Assembly: GCA_963724295.1 (NCBI GenBank)
Contig: CAVRUC010000007.1
Coordinates: forward strand, 384,001 to 448,000
Length of the DNA: 64,000 bases
Direction: 5' to 3'
Origin: an uncultured Chloroflexia bacterium
Lineage (GTDB): Bacteria; Chloroflexota; Chloroflexia; Thermomicrobiales; UBA6265
Shown: one piece after another, positions 21,311 through 31,806 of the stretch
Position numbering within the stretch: position 1 is the stretch's first letter
Layout: each line of letters begins with the position of its first letter
The notes under the pieces: model-generated
What the model was told of the DNA's origin: nothing
Database searches by the model: none
Seen by the model: only the letters and a program-made list of their open reading frames with translations
Position numbers and translations under genes: made by a program

Positions 21311-21781
21311 CTAGCTGACGACGGTCGGCTGCTTGCCGGTGACACCCGTTTGACGGGCGGAAGGTCGTGTCGATTGAGCGATGAGATCACCCAGCGTCGT
21401 CGAGTCCAGCGTCTTGACGATGGCGTCGCGCATCTGGAGCCACACCGGGCGTGTCTCGCAGCCGATGATCAACGGGCATGTCTGTTCCGAGATATCCTCT
21501 GAGACGCATTCCATCGGGGCGACCGGGCCTTCCATGACTCGGTAGACCTCGCCCACCCGAACCTCGTGCGGATCCCGTGTGAGCTGATAGCCGCCGCGCG
21601 CGCCGCGCGTGCTCTGCACCAGACCAGCACGTCGCAATGGTCCGATCAGCTGCTCCAGATACGGCATGGGAACCGAAGACGCCTTGGAGACCGCCGCGAT
21701 CGACATCGGGCCATGTCCGTAGTTCTTGGCCAGAGCGACCATTGCCCGGACGCCATATTCGCCTCGAGAAGATACTTTCAT
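21311..21781 (-). CDS. Rrf2 family transcriptional regulator (IscR-like, three Cys)
   Basis: MKVSSRGEYG, YLEQL, STRGARGGY, C-x9-C-x5-C motif. Directly upstream of iscS. Confidence 0.92.
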   Translation of the reverse strand: MKVSSRGEYGVRAMVALAKNYGHGPMSIAAVSKASSVPMPYLEQLIGPLRRAGLVQSTRGARGGYQLTRDPHEVRVGEVYRVMEGPVAPMECVSEDISEQTCPLIIGCETRPVWLQMRDAIVKTLDSTTLGDLIAQSTRPSARQTGVTGKQPTVVS

Positions 21782-21907
21782 GGCCGTCCTGCAAGTGCAT
21801 CTGTGAGCGCTAGGGGAGGGTGGCCCGTAAGGTGGTGATCGTACTGCTCCGCGCAAATCCGATCAAGGGAACCGGCGAGACTCGAGCGTGCGCGGCACCC
21901 GTCGCGG

Positions 21908-23059
21908 TTACGCTCGAAGTCGGGCCAGAGGGCCGCGATCCAGCAGCTCCCGCATCGACCGCGCCGGATCCGGTGAAAGCTGGCGATAGATATGAAGGAA
22001 CCGGTCGCCGGTAAAGATGCCGCGGTACATTCCCGCTTCCAGGACCGGAACCGCCCAGCGGTCCTCCTCGTCCATGAGTCGCTGCACGTCGTGAAGTGGC
22101 ATATCGGCCTCGACGGTGATTGGATTTCGCTCCATGGCCTGGGCAACAACTCGCCCCTTTGGTGATCTGCTCAATTCGGTCAGTAGCTGATTCCGCCACA
22201 GCATGCCGACGACCCTGCCATCTTTGGTGACGGCGATGTCGCGCAGGCCGCCCCGCAGGGCATTTGCGAGCGGTTGATCGGGAGCGATCCCACCCATATC
22301 CCAAAGGGCAAACTGCCCGACGCGCATGCGGCGCATCGCACTCTCGACACGCACGGCGCGGTCTTCAGCGTAGGCCACGATCATGACGAAGACGGAGAGC
22401 AGGACCAGAATGATGCTCTGCGCGACGAAAATGCTGAAGAGAAGAAGCAGGACCGCAAATGCCTCGCCCACGAGTACCGCGACGCGGGTTCCACTCTCGC
22501 GTCCGAACATCGTGGTCAGGCCGGCCCGAAAGATCCGGCCGCCGTCCATGGGGAATGCCGGCAGGAGATTGAAGACGATAATCAGTACGTTTGCGTAGAG
22601 TAAGGTCGTGGCGAGTCCCGCCAGCGACGGGTGGAAGACCGTCGCGGCGTAGTCCTCGAGAGACGAAAAGTCACTGAGGACTCCGATGAGCAGCACGACC
22701 GGCGCAAGAGCGACGACCAGCGCGAAATTGGCGGCCGGCCCGGCCATGGCAATCAACACCTCGGCCCGCGGCTCCGCGGGGAGCTGCTCCATGCGCGCGA
22801 CTCCGCCGACGGCCGAGAGCGAAACATCGTGCACACGGACGCCGTGCTGGCGAGCCATGAATGCATGGCCAAACTCATGCAGAAGAACGCAGGCAAAGAT
22901 GAGGATGACCAGGACGAGGGTGAAAATGACGGCCGACAACCCGACCCCGGCGCCGATCCGACGCCAGTCGATCAACACCCACAGGAAGACGAGGGCGAAG
23001 GTCGGGTGCACGCGGATGTCGATGTCGCGGAGGCGGCCGACAGTTATGGTTCTCATCAT
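21908..23059 (-). CDS. Site-2 protease (M50) with C-terminal CBS domains
   Basis: HEFGH, AGPAAN, FNLLPAFPMDGGR, then a CBS-like pair. Confidence 0.9.
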   Translation of the reverse strand: MMRTITVGRLRDIDIRVHPTFALVFLWVLIDWRRIGAGVGLSAVIFTLVLVILIFACVLLHEFGHAFMARQHGVRVHDVSLSAVGGVARMEQLPAEPRAEVLIAMAGPAANFALVVALAPVVLLIGVLSDFSSLEDYAATVFHPSLAGLATTLLYANVLIIVFNLLPAFPMDGGRIFRAGLTTMFGRESGTRVAVLVGEAFAVLLLLFSIFVAQSIILVLLSVFVMIVAYAEDRAVRVESAMRRMRVGQFALWDMGGIAPDQPLANALRGGLRDIAVTKDGRVVGMLWRNQLLTELSRSPKGRVVAQAMERNPITVEADMPLHDVQRLMDEEDRWAVPVLEAGMYRGIFTGDRFLHIYRQLSPDPARSMRELLDRGPLARLRA

Positions 23060-23267
23060 TCATGGAGAGTAGCGGCCTGCGCGGGCGAGCACAAGGCGCC
23101 TCTTCCCGGAGAACTGGGCCCGGATGGTACCAATTGCCGCTCAGCCACAATCGGAAAGCACTCAGCAGGCGCGACGAGAGGCGGCCGGTGGCACATGCTA
23201 CACTCGGGTCCGCGTTAATGGATGATGCTCCCGTACCTGCGCCACCGTCGGTCGGGTACACCTTGGT

Positions 23268-23807
23268 ATGACCGACTCTGGACTCAGCACGCGACTCAGG
23301 CAGCAATCACGTCGCGCCGGCCTCATGGTCGGCATCACGATGGTTCTCGCGATTGCTATCTGTATTTTCGGGGCGGCCGGGCTTTTCGCCTGGCTCTCGC
23401 GCCCATTCTCCGATCTCATCCCCATCGTCGCGCCCGCCGCGCAAGTTCAGCCAGTAGCCGAACCCACCGAACCGTCCGGTCAACAACCGGCCGGCGCAGA
23501 ACCACAGGTCGCGGCGCAGGCCGAACTGACCCAACCTGCACCGGCGGCGCCGACGGACTCCCCGACCGCGGACGATTTCGAGCCTACTCATCAAATCGGC
23601 GCCGGCCAGTCGGTAAATTTTCGATCCGGACCCTCGACGACGGACCCGATTATCGTCGCCCTGCCTCCCAACACCCCGCTTCAGTACTTGAACGAAGACG
23701 CGCCAACAGAGAATCCGAGCGACGGTGATCGATGGATGATGTTCCGCAACGAAGCCGGTGACGAAGGCTGGATCCGCGAGATCGACACCGAGCCGTATCA
23801 ACCATGA
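23268..23807 (+). CDS. Membrane-anchored SH3b-domain protein
   Basis: N-terminal TM helix, Pro/Ala/Gln/Thr-rich linker, VNFRSGPST...W...GWI (SH3_3-like). Confidence 0.75.
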   Translation: MTDSGLSTRLRQQSRRAGLMVGITMVLAIAICIFGAAGLFAWLSRPFSDLIPIVAPAAQVQPVAEPTEPSGQQPAGAEPQVAAQAELTQPAPAAPTDSPTADDFEPTHQIGAGQSVNFRSGPSTTDPIIVALPPNTPLQYLNEDAPTENPSDGDRWMMFRNEAGDEGWIREIDTEPYQP

Positions 23808-23856
23808 CAGGCGTTCCCGTCCTTCCCGATCGATTGAAGAAAGTGAGCAACCGCCG

Positions 23857-24897
23857 ATGCAACGAGTGTTGATTGTCGGCCTGGGGCTGATCGGCGGTTC
23901 CATTGGACTCGCCTTACGCCGCTGGTCCGAGGAGCGGAAGGTCGACGGGCGCAAACCCCTCGAGGTGATCGGGTTCGATCCCAATCTCGACCATCAGCGC
24001 GCCGCGGAAAAACTGGGGGCGGTCGACAAAGGGGCCTGGGATCTGTCCAAAGCGGTTCGTGACGCGGATGTCATCGTGCTTGCGACTCCCGTCAACAGCA
24101 TGCGCGCCGTCATGCAGGATCTTGCTCCCCATCTCCAGCCGGGCACTATCGTCGCGGATACCGGCTCGACCAAGGCGCAGGTCCTGAAATGGTCAAGTGA
24201 GATGTTGCCGCGCGATGTGCATTTCATTGGCACCCACCCCATGGCGGGAAAGACGCAGAGCATCGAGGGCGCCGACGCGGATCTCTTTGTCGGGGCAACC
24301 TGGTGCGTCTCGCCATCGGTAACCGCCTCCGAAGAGGCGGTGCGCACCGTGCTGGGTCTGGTTGCTGCGGCCGGCGCCGAACCGTTCTTCATCGACCCTG
24401 AGGAGCACGACGCGTTTGTAGCCGGGGTGAGTCACCTGCCGTTCGTGCTGAGCGCGGCCCTCATGAACGCGGTTTCGCGCGATGCATCGTGGCGAGACAT
24501 GAAAACGCTGACGGCGGGGGGCTTTCGCGACACGACCCGACTTGCGGCCGGTAGTCCAGCCATGCATCGAGACATTCTCTTGACCAATCGCGAAGCGGTG
24601 ACCCGTTGGATCGACGCTGTCGTCGGAACCCTGGGCGAGATCCGCCAGACTCTCGCCTCGGGCGACGAAAACGCCGCGGTCTCACTCGACTCGTTCTTTT
24701 CCGAAGCGCGGGACGCGCGGGCTGTGTGGGCGACGCAGACGACCCGCGAAGGCGAGCTGCTGCAGGGAACGGCTGCCGAGCTGCAACCGGAGAGCGTCTC
24801 CGACCACATGGGCAGGATGTTCTTCGGCGGGTTTGCCAGGCGGTTTCGAACGCCGCCCAGACGCGACGACTCGTCGCCTCCGGCTCCCAGTCAATGA
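23857..24897 (+). CDS. tyrA: Prephenate/arogenate dehydrogenase
   Basis: GLGLIGGS, DTGSTK, HPMAG, HDAFVAGVSHLP, GGFRDTTRLA. Confidence 0.93.
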   Translation: MQRVLIVGLGLIGGSIGLALRRWSEERKVDGRKPLEVIGFDPNLDHQRAAEKLGAVDKGAWDLSKAVRDADVIVLATPVNSMRAVMQDLAPHLQPGTIVADTGSTKAQVLKWSSEMLPRDVHFIGTHPMAGKTQSIEGADADLFVGATWCVSPSVTASEEAVRTVLGLVAAAGAEPFFIDPEEHDAFVAGVSHLPFVLSAALMNAVSRDASWRDMKTLTAGGFRDTTRLAAGSPAMHRDILLTNREAVTRWIDAVVGTLGEIRQTLASGDENAAVSLDSFFSEARDARAVWATQTTREGELLQGTAAELQPESVSDHMGRMFFGGFARRFRTPPRRDDSSPPAPSQ

Positions 24898-25343
24898 ACG
24901 CCAGCGACCCCGGAGAGAAATCCTCTCGCGTCGAGCGCGAGGTGCTCGAGATTCTCGAACGCGCCAGCGCCACCCAGTCGCCGGTCGAAAATGTGCAAGC
25001 GACCGTCCGCCGCCAGAGTGCCTCGGCTCGGGCGCGCTTATCCAAGAGCGCGCATCAGCCGTCGCGGCTCCGGGAATGGCCACAGGGACTGTTTAGGATC
25101 GGCGCTGCCCTCCTCCTCGCAATCGCGGCGGCACTGATCGCGGACGCATTTCGGCTGGGCGCGATTGTGTTGGCAATCGCGAGCGCGATAGCTTTCTTCT
25201 CGCTGTGGGTACCAGCTCGGGGATCCGGCCCAGGGGGTGCCCCGCGGTGGCGCGGGCAGGATCTGGGCGACGATGACGATCCGCCTGGTTTCGACGTGCA
25301 ACGCATTCGTCCACGACGAGGTCCCAAGGGACCGTTCAAATGA
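24894..25343 (+). CDS. Hypothetical membrane protein (two TM helices)
   Basis: ATG overlaps the tyrA stop (ATGA). Hydrophobic hairpin followed by a PRWRGQDL tail. Confidence 0.65.
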   Translation: MNASDPGEKSSRVEREVLEILERASATQSPVENVQATVRRQSASARARLSKSAHQPSRLREWPQGLFRIGAALLLAIAAALIADAFRLGAIVLAIASAIAFFSLWVPARGSGPGGAPRWRGQDLGDDDDPPGFDVQRIRPRRGPKGPFK

Positions 25344-25392
25344 TCTTCCCGCGTTCGATTCCGCCCGCGACGACCCCGTCAGGAGTTTCGCG

Positions 25393-25854
25393 GTGCCGAG
25401 CCTGATTGCCGATGCCGTCGATGCCTACGTCGTCCGCCGCCTCAATGCCCGGTTGCAGTTCTTGCTCCTGCAACGGCGCGCGGACGCCCCGTTCGGCAGC
25501 TCCTGGCAGGCCATCCATGCCCGCGTGGCACCCGAGGAAACGGCTATAATTGCAGCGGAACGGGTCCTTGCGGAGACTACGGGTCTCGTTGCTCACACCG
25601 TCTATAGCGCAGACTATGTCAATCAGATTTTCGATCACGCGCGCGACGCCATCGTCCTGATTCCAGTGTTCGCGTTCGAAGTCGAGCCTCAGGCCAGGAT
25701 CGATCCCGGTGCGGATTTTCTTGGCTACGAGTGGTGTGAACGGGATGAGGCTACGGCGCGACTGCTCTGGGCCGGACAGCGTTGGTCTGTCCGGCATATC
25801 GACGATGTCATTGGGGCTGGTGGGCCAGAGGCCGAGTTCTATCGTATTCGCTAG
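25393..25854 (+). CDS. NUDIX-fold protein (NudB-like) with a degenerate Nudix box
   Basis: AGGAG RBS and GTG start. FLLLQRR...WQ...EETAIIAAERVLAETTGL, IPVFAFEV. Confidence 0.78.
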   Translation: MPSLIADAVDAYVVRRLNARLQFLLLQRRADAPFGSSWQAIHARVAPEETAIIAAERVLAETTGLVAHTVYSADYVNQIFDHARDAIVLIPVFAFEVEPQARIDPGADFLGYEWCERDEATARLLWAGQRWSVRHIDDVIGAGGPEAEFYRIR

Positions 25855-25932
25855 GCTCCCGTCGTAAGCGCCGAATTACAATCACATCGCGACCGTGCGT
25901 CCTGTCCTGACCCGGTCCTCACAGGAGTGGGA

Positions 25933-27939
25933 ATGCCCGACTTCACAATCGTCTCTGACCTCAGACCGACAGGCGACCAGCCGGCCGCGATCGAGCAGCT
26001 CGTCGACGGATTGGTTGACGGCAAGCGGTTTCAGACGCTTCTGGGCGTCACCGGGTCTGGGAAGACCTTTACGATGGCCAACGTTATCGAACAGGTGAAC
26101 CGCCCCACGATCGTCCTGGCGCACAACAAGACCCTCGCGGCGCAGCTCTACTCCGAGTTCAAAGAGTTCTTCCCAAACAACGCCGTCGAGTACTTCGTGT
26201 CCTACTACGACTACTACCAGCCCGAAGCCTATGTCCCGCGCACGGATACGTTCATTGAGAAAGACGCGGACATCAACGAAGAGATCGACAAGTTGCGCCA
26301 TGCCGCCACCCGGGCGCTGCTCACCCGGCGCGACGTCATCATTGTGGCCTCGGTCTCGTGCATCTATGGTTTGGGCTCTCCGGAGGAATACTCACAGACA
26401 CTTGTGTCGCTTCGCCGCGGCAGTCAAGCGCGGCGAGACAAGATCGTGCGGCATCTGATCGACATTCAATACGACCGCAACGACATGACGCTCGTGCGCG
26501 GCACCTTCCGCGTACGGGGCGATACCCTCGAGATCTTTCCCGCCTATGAGGACATTGCGCTGCGCGTCGAGTTCTTCGGCGACGAGGTCGAGCGCATCGT
26601 CGAGGTCGATCCCTTGACCGGCGAGCTCCTGGTGGAGCGGCTCGAAGTCGACGTCTACCCCGCGAAGCACTTCGTAACGACGGAGGACAAGCTTCGCGCG
26701 GCGATTCGTGATATCGAACAGGAACTGGAAGAGCGGCTCCAGGAACTCGAGGCCGAGGGCAAATTGCTGGAGGCCGCGAGACTCCGCCAGCGCACGATGT
26801 ATGACCTCGAGATGCTCCAGGAGACCGGCTACTGCGCGGGCGTCGAGAACTACTCGATGCACCTGTCACGCCGCAAGCCTGGAGAGCAGCCGTCCACGCT
26901 GCTTGACTATTTCCCTGATGACTTCCTGCTCTTCATCGACGAGTCGCACATCTCGATTCCGCAGGTGCGCGGGATGTATGCGGGGGATCGCTCGCGAAAG
27001 GACGTGCTGGTCGAGCACGGGTTCCGCCTGCCCTCCGCTCGCGACAACCGTCCCCTCACCTTTTCCGAATTCGAACGCATGATCCCGCAGGCCGTTTTCG
27101 TCTCAGCCACGCCCGGTCCGTACGAGCAGGAACACAGCGAGCAGGTCGTCGAGCAAGTGATTCGACCGACCGGATTGATCGACCCGGCCATCTCGGTGCG
27201 CCCCACGAGAGGTCAGATCGATGACCTTCTGGGCGAGATCAACGCCCGCGTCGCGGTGGGCCAACGGGTCCTGGTGACGACGCTCACCAAGCGCATGGCC
27301 GAAGATCTTGCCGACTACTTCAAGGAGATGGGGATTCGCACCCACTACCTGCATAGCGAGATAGACACCCTGGAGCGGGTAGAAATTCTTCGCGACCTCC
27401 GCCTCGGGGTTCACGACGTCGTCGTCGGCATCAACCTTCTCCGTGAAGGGCTCGACTTGCCCGAGGTCTCATTGGTCGCCGTCCTCGACGCGGACAAGGA
27501 AGGCTTCCTTCGCTCGGAAGGCTCGCTGATCCAAACGATTGGACGCGCCGCCCGGCACGTCGACGGTCAGGTCATCATGTATGCGGACACCATGACCCGC
27601 TCGATGAAGGCTGCCATCGATGAGACCTACCGTCGCCGCGCCTTGCAGATCGAGCACAACGAGCGAAACGGCATCGTCCCCCGCGGCATCGTCAAGGAGA
27701 TCAAAGACATCACTGACCGCGTCCGGGCCGTGGCCGAGGAGCAGGTGGGCTATGCCAGCGGCGGCAAGCCCGGCATCATCGCCGAGATCCCGCGAGACGA
27801 GCTGGTGCGCATGGTCAAGGAGCTCGAGGGACAGATGAAAGCGGCCGCGCGCGACCTCGAGTTCGAGAAGGCGGCGCTCCTCAGAGATCAGATCATCGAG
27901 CTGCGCCGGATCACGATGGTCGACCCGGTGCTGAGCTGA
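25933..27939 (+). CDS. uvrB: Excinuclease ABC subunit B
   Basis: [39 protein letters not shown]-terminal UVR domain. Confidence 0.98.
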   Translation: MPDFTIVSDLRPTGDQPAAIEQLVDGLVDGKRFQTLLGVTGSGKTFTMANVIEQVNRPTIVLAHNKTLAAQLYSEFKEFFPNNAVEYFVSYYDYYQPEAYVPRTDTFIEKDADINEEIDKLRHAATRALLTRRDVIIVASVSCIYGLGSPEEYSQTLVSLRRGSQARRDKIVRHLIDIQYDRNDMTLVRGTFRVRGDTLEIFPAYEDIALRVEFFGDEVERIVEVDPLTGELLVERLEVDVYPAKHFVTTEDKLRAAIRDIEQELEERLQELEAEGKLLEAARLRQRTMYDLEMLQETGYCAGVENYSMHLSRRKPGEQPSTLLDYFPDDFLLFIDESHISIPQVRGMYAGDRSRKDVLVEHGFRLPSARDNRPLTFSEFERMIPQAVFVSATPGPYEQEHSEQVVEQVIRPTGLIDPAISVRPTRGQIDDLLGEINARVAVGQRVLVTTLTKRMAEDLADYFKEMGIRTHYLHSEIDTLERVEILRDLRLGVHDVVVGINLLREGLDLPEVSLVAVLDADKEGFLRSEGSLIQTIGRAARHVDGQVIMYADTMTRSMKAAIDETYRRRALQIEHNERNGIVPRGIVKEIKDITDRVRAVAEEQVGYASGGKPGIIAEIPRDELVRMVKELEGQMKAAARDLEFEKAALLRDQIIELRRITMVDPVLS

Positions 27940-27959
27940 ATGGCTCGTTCGGTCGATCG

Positions 27960-28448
27960 ATGAGCGATGCAGCGCTGGAGCAGGCCCGGGAGTATGTCCT
28001 GGTCCTCAACGGGCCGAATCTCAATCTGCTCGGCACCCGGGAGCCAGGTGTCTACGGGAACACCACCCTCACCGAAATTGTGGCAGACCTGGAGACGTTG
28101 GCTGGTGGCACGGATCCTCCACTGCGGATCGAGCACGCCCAGTCAAATCACGAGGGAGTCCTGGTCGACACGATTCAGAAACTCGGTCCGGCCGCGGTCG
28201 GCATCATCATCAATCCCGCGGCGCTGACCCATTACAGCATCGCTTTGCGCGATGCACTGGCAGCAGTCGGCACTCCCACGATCGAAGTTCATTTGTCCAA
28301 TATTCACGCCCGCGAGGAGTTCCGGCACCATTCCGTGGTGGCGCCGGTCGTTCTCGGCCAGATCGCCGGCCTCGGTCCGGACGGCTATCGGCTTGCACTT
28401 CTGCATTTGATCGCGTGTCGCGGCGTCTCTCCTGAGGCGAAACGATGA
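27960..28448 (+). CDS. aroQ: Type II 3-dehydroquinate dehydratase
   Basis: LNGPNLNLLGTREPGVYG, QSNHEG, INPAALTHYS, EVHLSNIHAREEFRH. Confidence 0.97.
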   Translation: MSDAALEQAREYVLVLNGPNLNLLGTREPGVYGNTTLTEIVADLETLAGGTDPPLRIEHAQSNHEGVLVDTIQKLGPAAVGIIINPAALTHYSIALRDALAAVGTPTIEVHLSNIHAREEFRHHSVVAPVVLGQIAGLGPDGYRLALLHLIACRGVSPEAKR

Positions 28449-29521
28449 TCGACCGCCTGCGCCGGTTGCGAGAAGCGGCTGCGGCAATTGGAGCCGACGC
28501 AGCGATTGTCACGCACCCGGCCAACCGGCGCTACTTTAGTGGGTTCCCCGCCGGGGACCATGCGCCGGACGAGTCGTCCGGGATTCTCGTCGTCTCGGAG
28601 GAGTCGGCGATCCTCTTTACCGGCCCGACGAACTTGCCATGGGCCGCCGGTTCTGTCCGCTCACCGGTGACAGCACGACCCTGGAGCAGACCGTGGCCAA
28701 CGTTCCTGGGCCAGGAGCTGCAATCGCTAGGCGTTCGCGGTGCGGCGTTCGAGGACCACGCCCTCTCTGTCGCCGACCATGCGGGCATTCTTGCCGCAGC
28801 GGGAGAGATTCAGCTCGTTCCGGTGGGCAATGCGTTTCACGCCTTGCGTGCGGTCAAATCCGACGAAGAGCTGGCCAAGATTACGGAGGCGGCACGCATT
28901 ACGGACGCGGCGTTCGTGACAGGGACATCGGCTGTCGAACCCGGCATCACCGAGAAAGCGCTGGCATGGCGGATCGAGTCCGCGATGCACGAACTTGGCG
29001 CGGATGGTCCCGGTTTCCCGATCATTGTCGCCGCCGGACCGCACGGCGCACGCCCGCATCACGACCCGAGCGATCGACCAATCGGGGAAGGCGAGCCGGT
29101 GGTGATCGACATGGGCGCCATGGTCGATGGCTACACGGCCGACCTGACCCGCACCATCTGTCTGGGCCAAGCGCCACCAATCTACATCGATAGATACAAT
29201 ACGGTGCTGAGCGCTCAGCGACGCGCACTCACGCAGATCCGAGCCGCCATGTCTGCCCGGGAGGCCGATACGGTCGCCAGGGAAGCGCTGTCCGCTGCCG
29301 GGTATGGTGAACAGTTCGTGCATGGGCTTGGGCATGGCGTCGGTCTGAACATTCACGAGTTTCCTTCCCTGGGGCAGAACTCAGACGACGTCCTGGAGCC
29401 AGGTCACGTCGTCACGATTGAACCGGGGTTGTATTTCGAGGGCTGGGGTGGCATCCGTATCGAGGATCTCTGCGTCGTCACCCCGACGGGACTCGATGTC
29501 CTTTCAGCAGCCCCAAAGTAG
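28445..29521 (+). CDS. Xaa-Pro aminopeptidase / M24 peptidase
   Basis: DMGA...[33 protein letters not shown]. Conserved aroQ-peptidase-efp context. Confidence 0.93.
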   Translation: MIDRLRRLREAAAAIGADAAIVTHPANRRYFSGFPAGDHAPDESSGILVVSEESAILFTGPTNLPWAAGSVRSPVTARPWSRPWPTFLGQELQSLGVRGAAFEDHALSVADHAGILAAAGEIQLVPVGNAFHALRAVKSDEELAKITEAARITDAAFVTGTSAVEPGITEKALAWRIESAMHELGADGPGFPIIVAAGPHGARPHHDPSDRPIGEGEPVVIDMGAMVDGYTADLTRTICLGQAPPIYIDRYNTVLSAQRRALTQIRAAMSAREADTVAREALSAAGYGEQFVHGLGHGVGLNIHEFPSLGQNSDDVLEPGHVVTIEPGLYFEGWGGIRIEDLCVVTPTGLDVLSAAPK

Positions 29522-29536
29522 GAGAAGCGTTGCTCG

Positions 29537-30097
29537 ATGATAGAAACTGGTGATCTGAGAAAGGGACTGACGTTCAATCTCGACGGCCGGCTCGTCAAAG
29601 TCGTCGATTTTTCTCACAACAAGCAGGGGCGTGGGTCCGCGCAGGTGCGGATGACCCTTCGCGATCTTCGCACCGGGTCGCTGACACAGCACACCGTGCA
29701 GGCGGGAGCGAAGTTCCCGCAAGTCCGGCTCGACCGGCAGCACGTGCAGTACCTCTATGCGGACGGCGACCAGCACCATTTCATGGATACCGAATCGTTC
29801 GACCAGATCGTGCTCGACTCGACCACCATCGGCGAATCGGGGAGGTTCATTCGGGAGAACGACGTCGTCGACCTGTTGACCTACAACGGGGAGCCCATCG
29901 ACATCGAGCTACCACCCTCGGTGCTCCTCGGCGTTACCGGCACCGACCCGGGTTTGAAAGGTGACACCGCCAGCGGCGCAACCAAACCAGCCACGTTGGA
30001 GACAGGGCACGTGGTCAACGTTCCGCTGTTCATCAACATCGGTGACACCCTGAAGATCGACACGCGGTCCGGGGAATACATCGAGCGAGACAGCTAA
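29537..30097 (+). CDS. efp: Elongation factor P
   Basis: DLRKG, KQGRGSA loop, [35 protein letters not shown]. Confidence 0.97.
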   Translation: MIETGDLRKGLTFNLDGRLVKVVDFSHNKQGRGSAQVRMTLRDLRTGSLTQHTVQAGAKFPQVRLDRQHVQYLYADGDQHHFMDTESFDQIVLDSTTIGESGRFIRENDVVDLLTYNGEPIDIELPPSVLLGVTGTDPGLKGDTASGATKPATLETGHVVNVPLFINIGDTLKIDTRSGEYIERDS

Positions 30098-30577
30098 GTG
30101 ACTCAACCGAGTGGCTCAGACCCGGGACCGCCGGACCCGGAACAGGTTGCCGATCTGGTGCAATCCCTGGCCACGGTCATGCGCCAGTCGTCCATCACCG
30201 AGTTGGACGTCGATTTGGGAGAGGTCTCGGTGCGGTTGCGCAGACCGGCGCCCGACCATGATGGCGGCGGCGAGCCGCGGCAGGAAAGCCAATCGCCGGC
30301 CGCAACCGAACTCGACCCGCCCGAGATCCTGATTACCGCTCCGATGATCGGCACATTCTATGCCGCGGCGACACCCGGGGCTCAACCGTTCGTGGTCGAG
30401 GGTGATGAGGTCTACGTTGGGCAGACGATCGGCATCATCGAAGCGATGAAGATCATGAACGAGATCGCCGCGGACCGCGCGGGCATAGTCGAATCGATCC
30501 TGGTCGGCAACGGACAGCCCGTTGAATATGGTTCACCACTCATGCGCCTCGGAGCTGGCCGGAGCGATCGCGCGTGA
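30098..30577 (+). CDS. accB: Biotin carboxyl carrier protein
   Basis: APMIGTFY, IIEAMKIMNEI (biotinylated Lys), GQPVEYG. Confidence 0.95.
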   Translation: MTQPSGSDPGPPDPEQVADLVQSLATVMRQSSITELDVDLGEVSVRLRRPAPDHDGGGEPRQESQSPAATELDPPEILITAPMIGTFYAAATPGAQPFVVEGDEVYVGQTIGIIEAMKIMNEIAADRAGIVESILVGNGQPVEYGSPLMRLGAGRSDRA

Positions 30578-31806
30578 CCGCCAGATTGCTGCCGGTCGGA
30601 GCGTTCGTCTGCCTCTTTCGGGAGGCACTCGAATCGGACCCGCTCTATGCGGATCTCTGGCTTGAAGGCGAAGTCAGTGATCTGAGTCGCTCGTCGGCGG
30701 GGCATGTCTACTTCAATCTCCGTGACGACGATGGATGTCTGAAGTGCGTGCTCTTTCGCGGACAGGCGCTCCGCCAACATCACCCGCTGAAGTTTGGCGA
30801 CCAGGTCGTCGTCCATGGCGGGCTCTCGATCTACCCTCGCTCTGGCGCGATGCAGCTCGTCGCCGATCTCGTTCAACCAGCTGGGCTCGGGGCAGCCTCG
30901 CTCGAGCTGGAGTATCTGCGGCAGCGACTCGAAGCCGAGGGACTCTTCGACCCACTCCGCAAGCGCCCGCTGCCGACGTCGCCTGGCACGATCGGAGTCG
31001 TGACCTCGTTGCACGGCGCCGCCTGGCACGACATCGTCAACGTCGTTTCCCGGCGCTATCCGCTGGCCGACCTGGTGCTGTCACCGGCACAGGTACAGGG
31101 TGACGGGGCCGCGGAGAGCATCGTGCGGGCACTGCAAACACTCCAGGACGAAGCCGATGTCGACGTCGTCATCCTCGCTCGTGGCGGCGGCGCAAGCGAC
31201 GACTTGTCTGCGTTCAACGACGAACGAGTCGTGCGGGCGGTGTTCGCCCTCCGCGTCCCGGTCGTGGCGGGCGTCGGTCACGCGACCGATCGCACATTGG
31301 TCGAAGATGTCGCCGACGTCTTCGCACCGACACCCTCGGCGGCAGCGGAGTTGTGCGTCCCGTCAATTGCGGACCTGAGTGAGCGCTTGCTTTCGCTCGA
31401 ATCCCGCCTGCTCTGGTCGTTGGCGGCACGACGAGTAAACGATGAGACCGCACTGTTGGCCGCTTCTCGGCGGCTGCTGGCGGCTTGCCCGGCGCCACGA
31501 GTGCGAGAGCGAAGGATCGATATCGAAACCGCCGCAATTCGCATGCGCAGGGCCGCCACGGACAGGATTCTCCGCGGGAGGCAAAGCGTCGCGGTTTCCA
31601 GTGAGGTGCTGGCGGCGCTCGATCCCACAGCCGTGCTGCAACGCGGCTACGCGGCCCTGCAACGCACCGACGATGGGCTGCCGATCTTTAGCGTCAGCCA
31701 GGCAGAACCCGGGACAAGCATCGTCGCTCTCCTGGCGGATGGATCGCTGACATCGAGCGTCGAGGCCGTTCTGCCACGTTCGCCACATGCGGTGGTCAGT
31801 CGATGA
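30574..31806 (+). CDS. xseA: Exodeoxyribonuclease VII large subunit
   Basis: GHVYFNL, GVVTS...GAA, ARGGG, GVGHATD, APTPSAAAE, LQRGY. Confidence 0.95.
   Translation: MTARLLPVGAFVCLFREALESDPLYADLWLEGEVSDLSRSSAGHVYFNLRDDDGCLKCVLFRGQALRQHHPLKFGDQVVVHGGLSIYPRSGAMQLVADLVQPAGLGAASLELEYLRQRLEAEGLFDPLRKRPLPTSPGTIGVVTSLHGAAWHDIVNVVSRRYPLADLVLSPAQVQGDGAAESIVRALQTLQDEADVDVVILARGGGASDDLSAFNDERVVRAVFALRVPVVAGVGHATDRTLVEDVADVFAPTPSAAAELCVPSIADLSERLLSLESRLLWSLAARRVNDETALLAASRRLLAACPAPRVRERRIDIETAAIRMRRAATDRILRGRQSVAVSSEVLAALDPTAVLQRGYAALQRTDDGLPIFSVSQAEPGTSIVALLADGSLTSSVEAVLPRSPHAVVSR

Noticed and set aside
25855..25932. LexA/SOS box upstream of uvrB
   Set aside because: No GAAC-N4-GTTC-type palindrome was seen.
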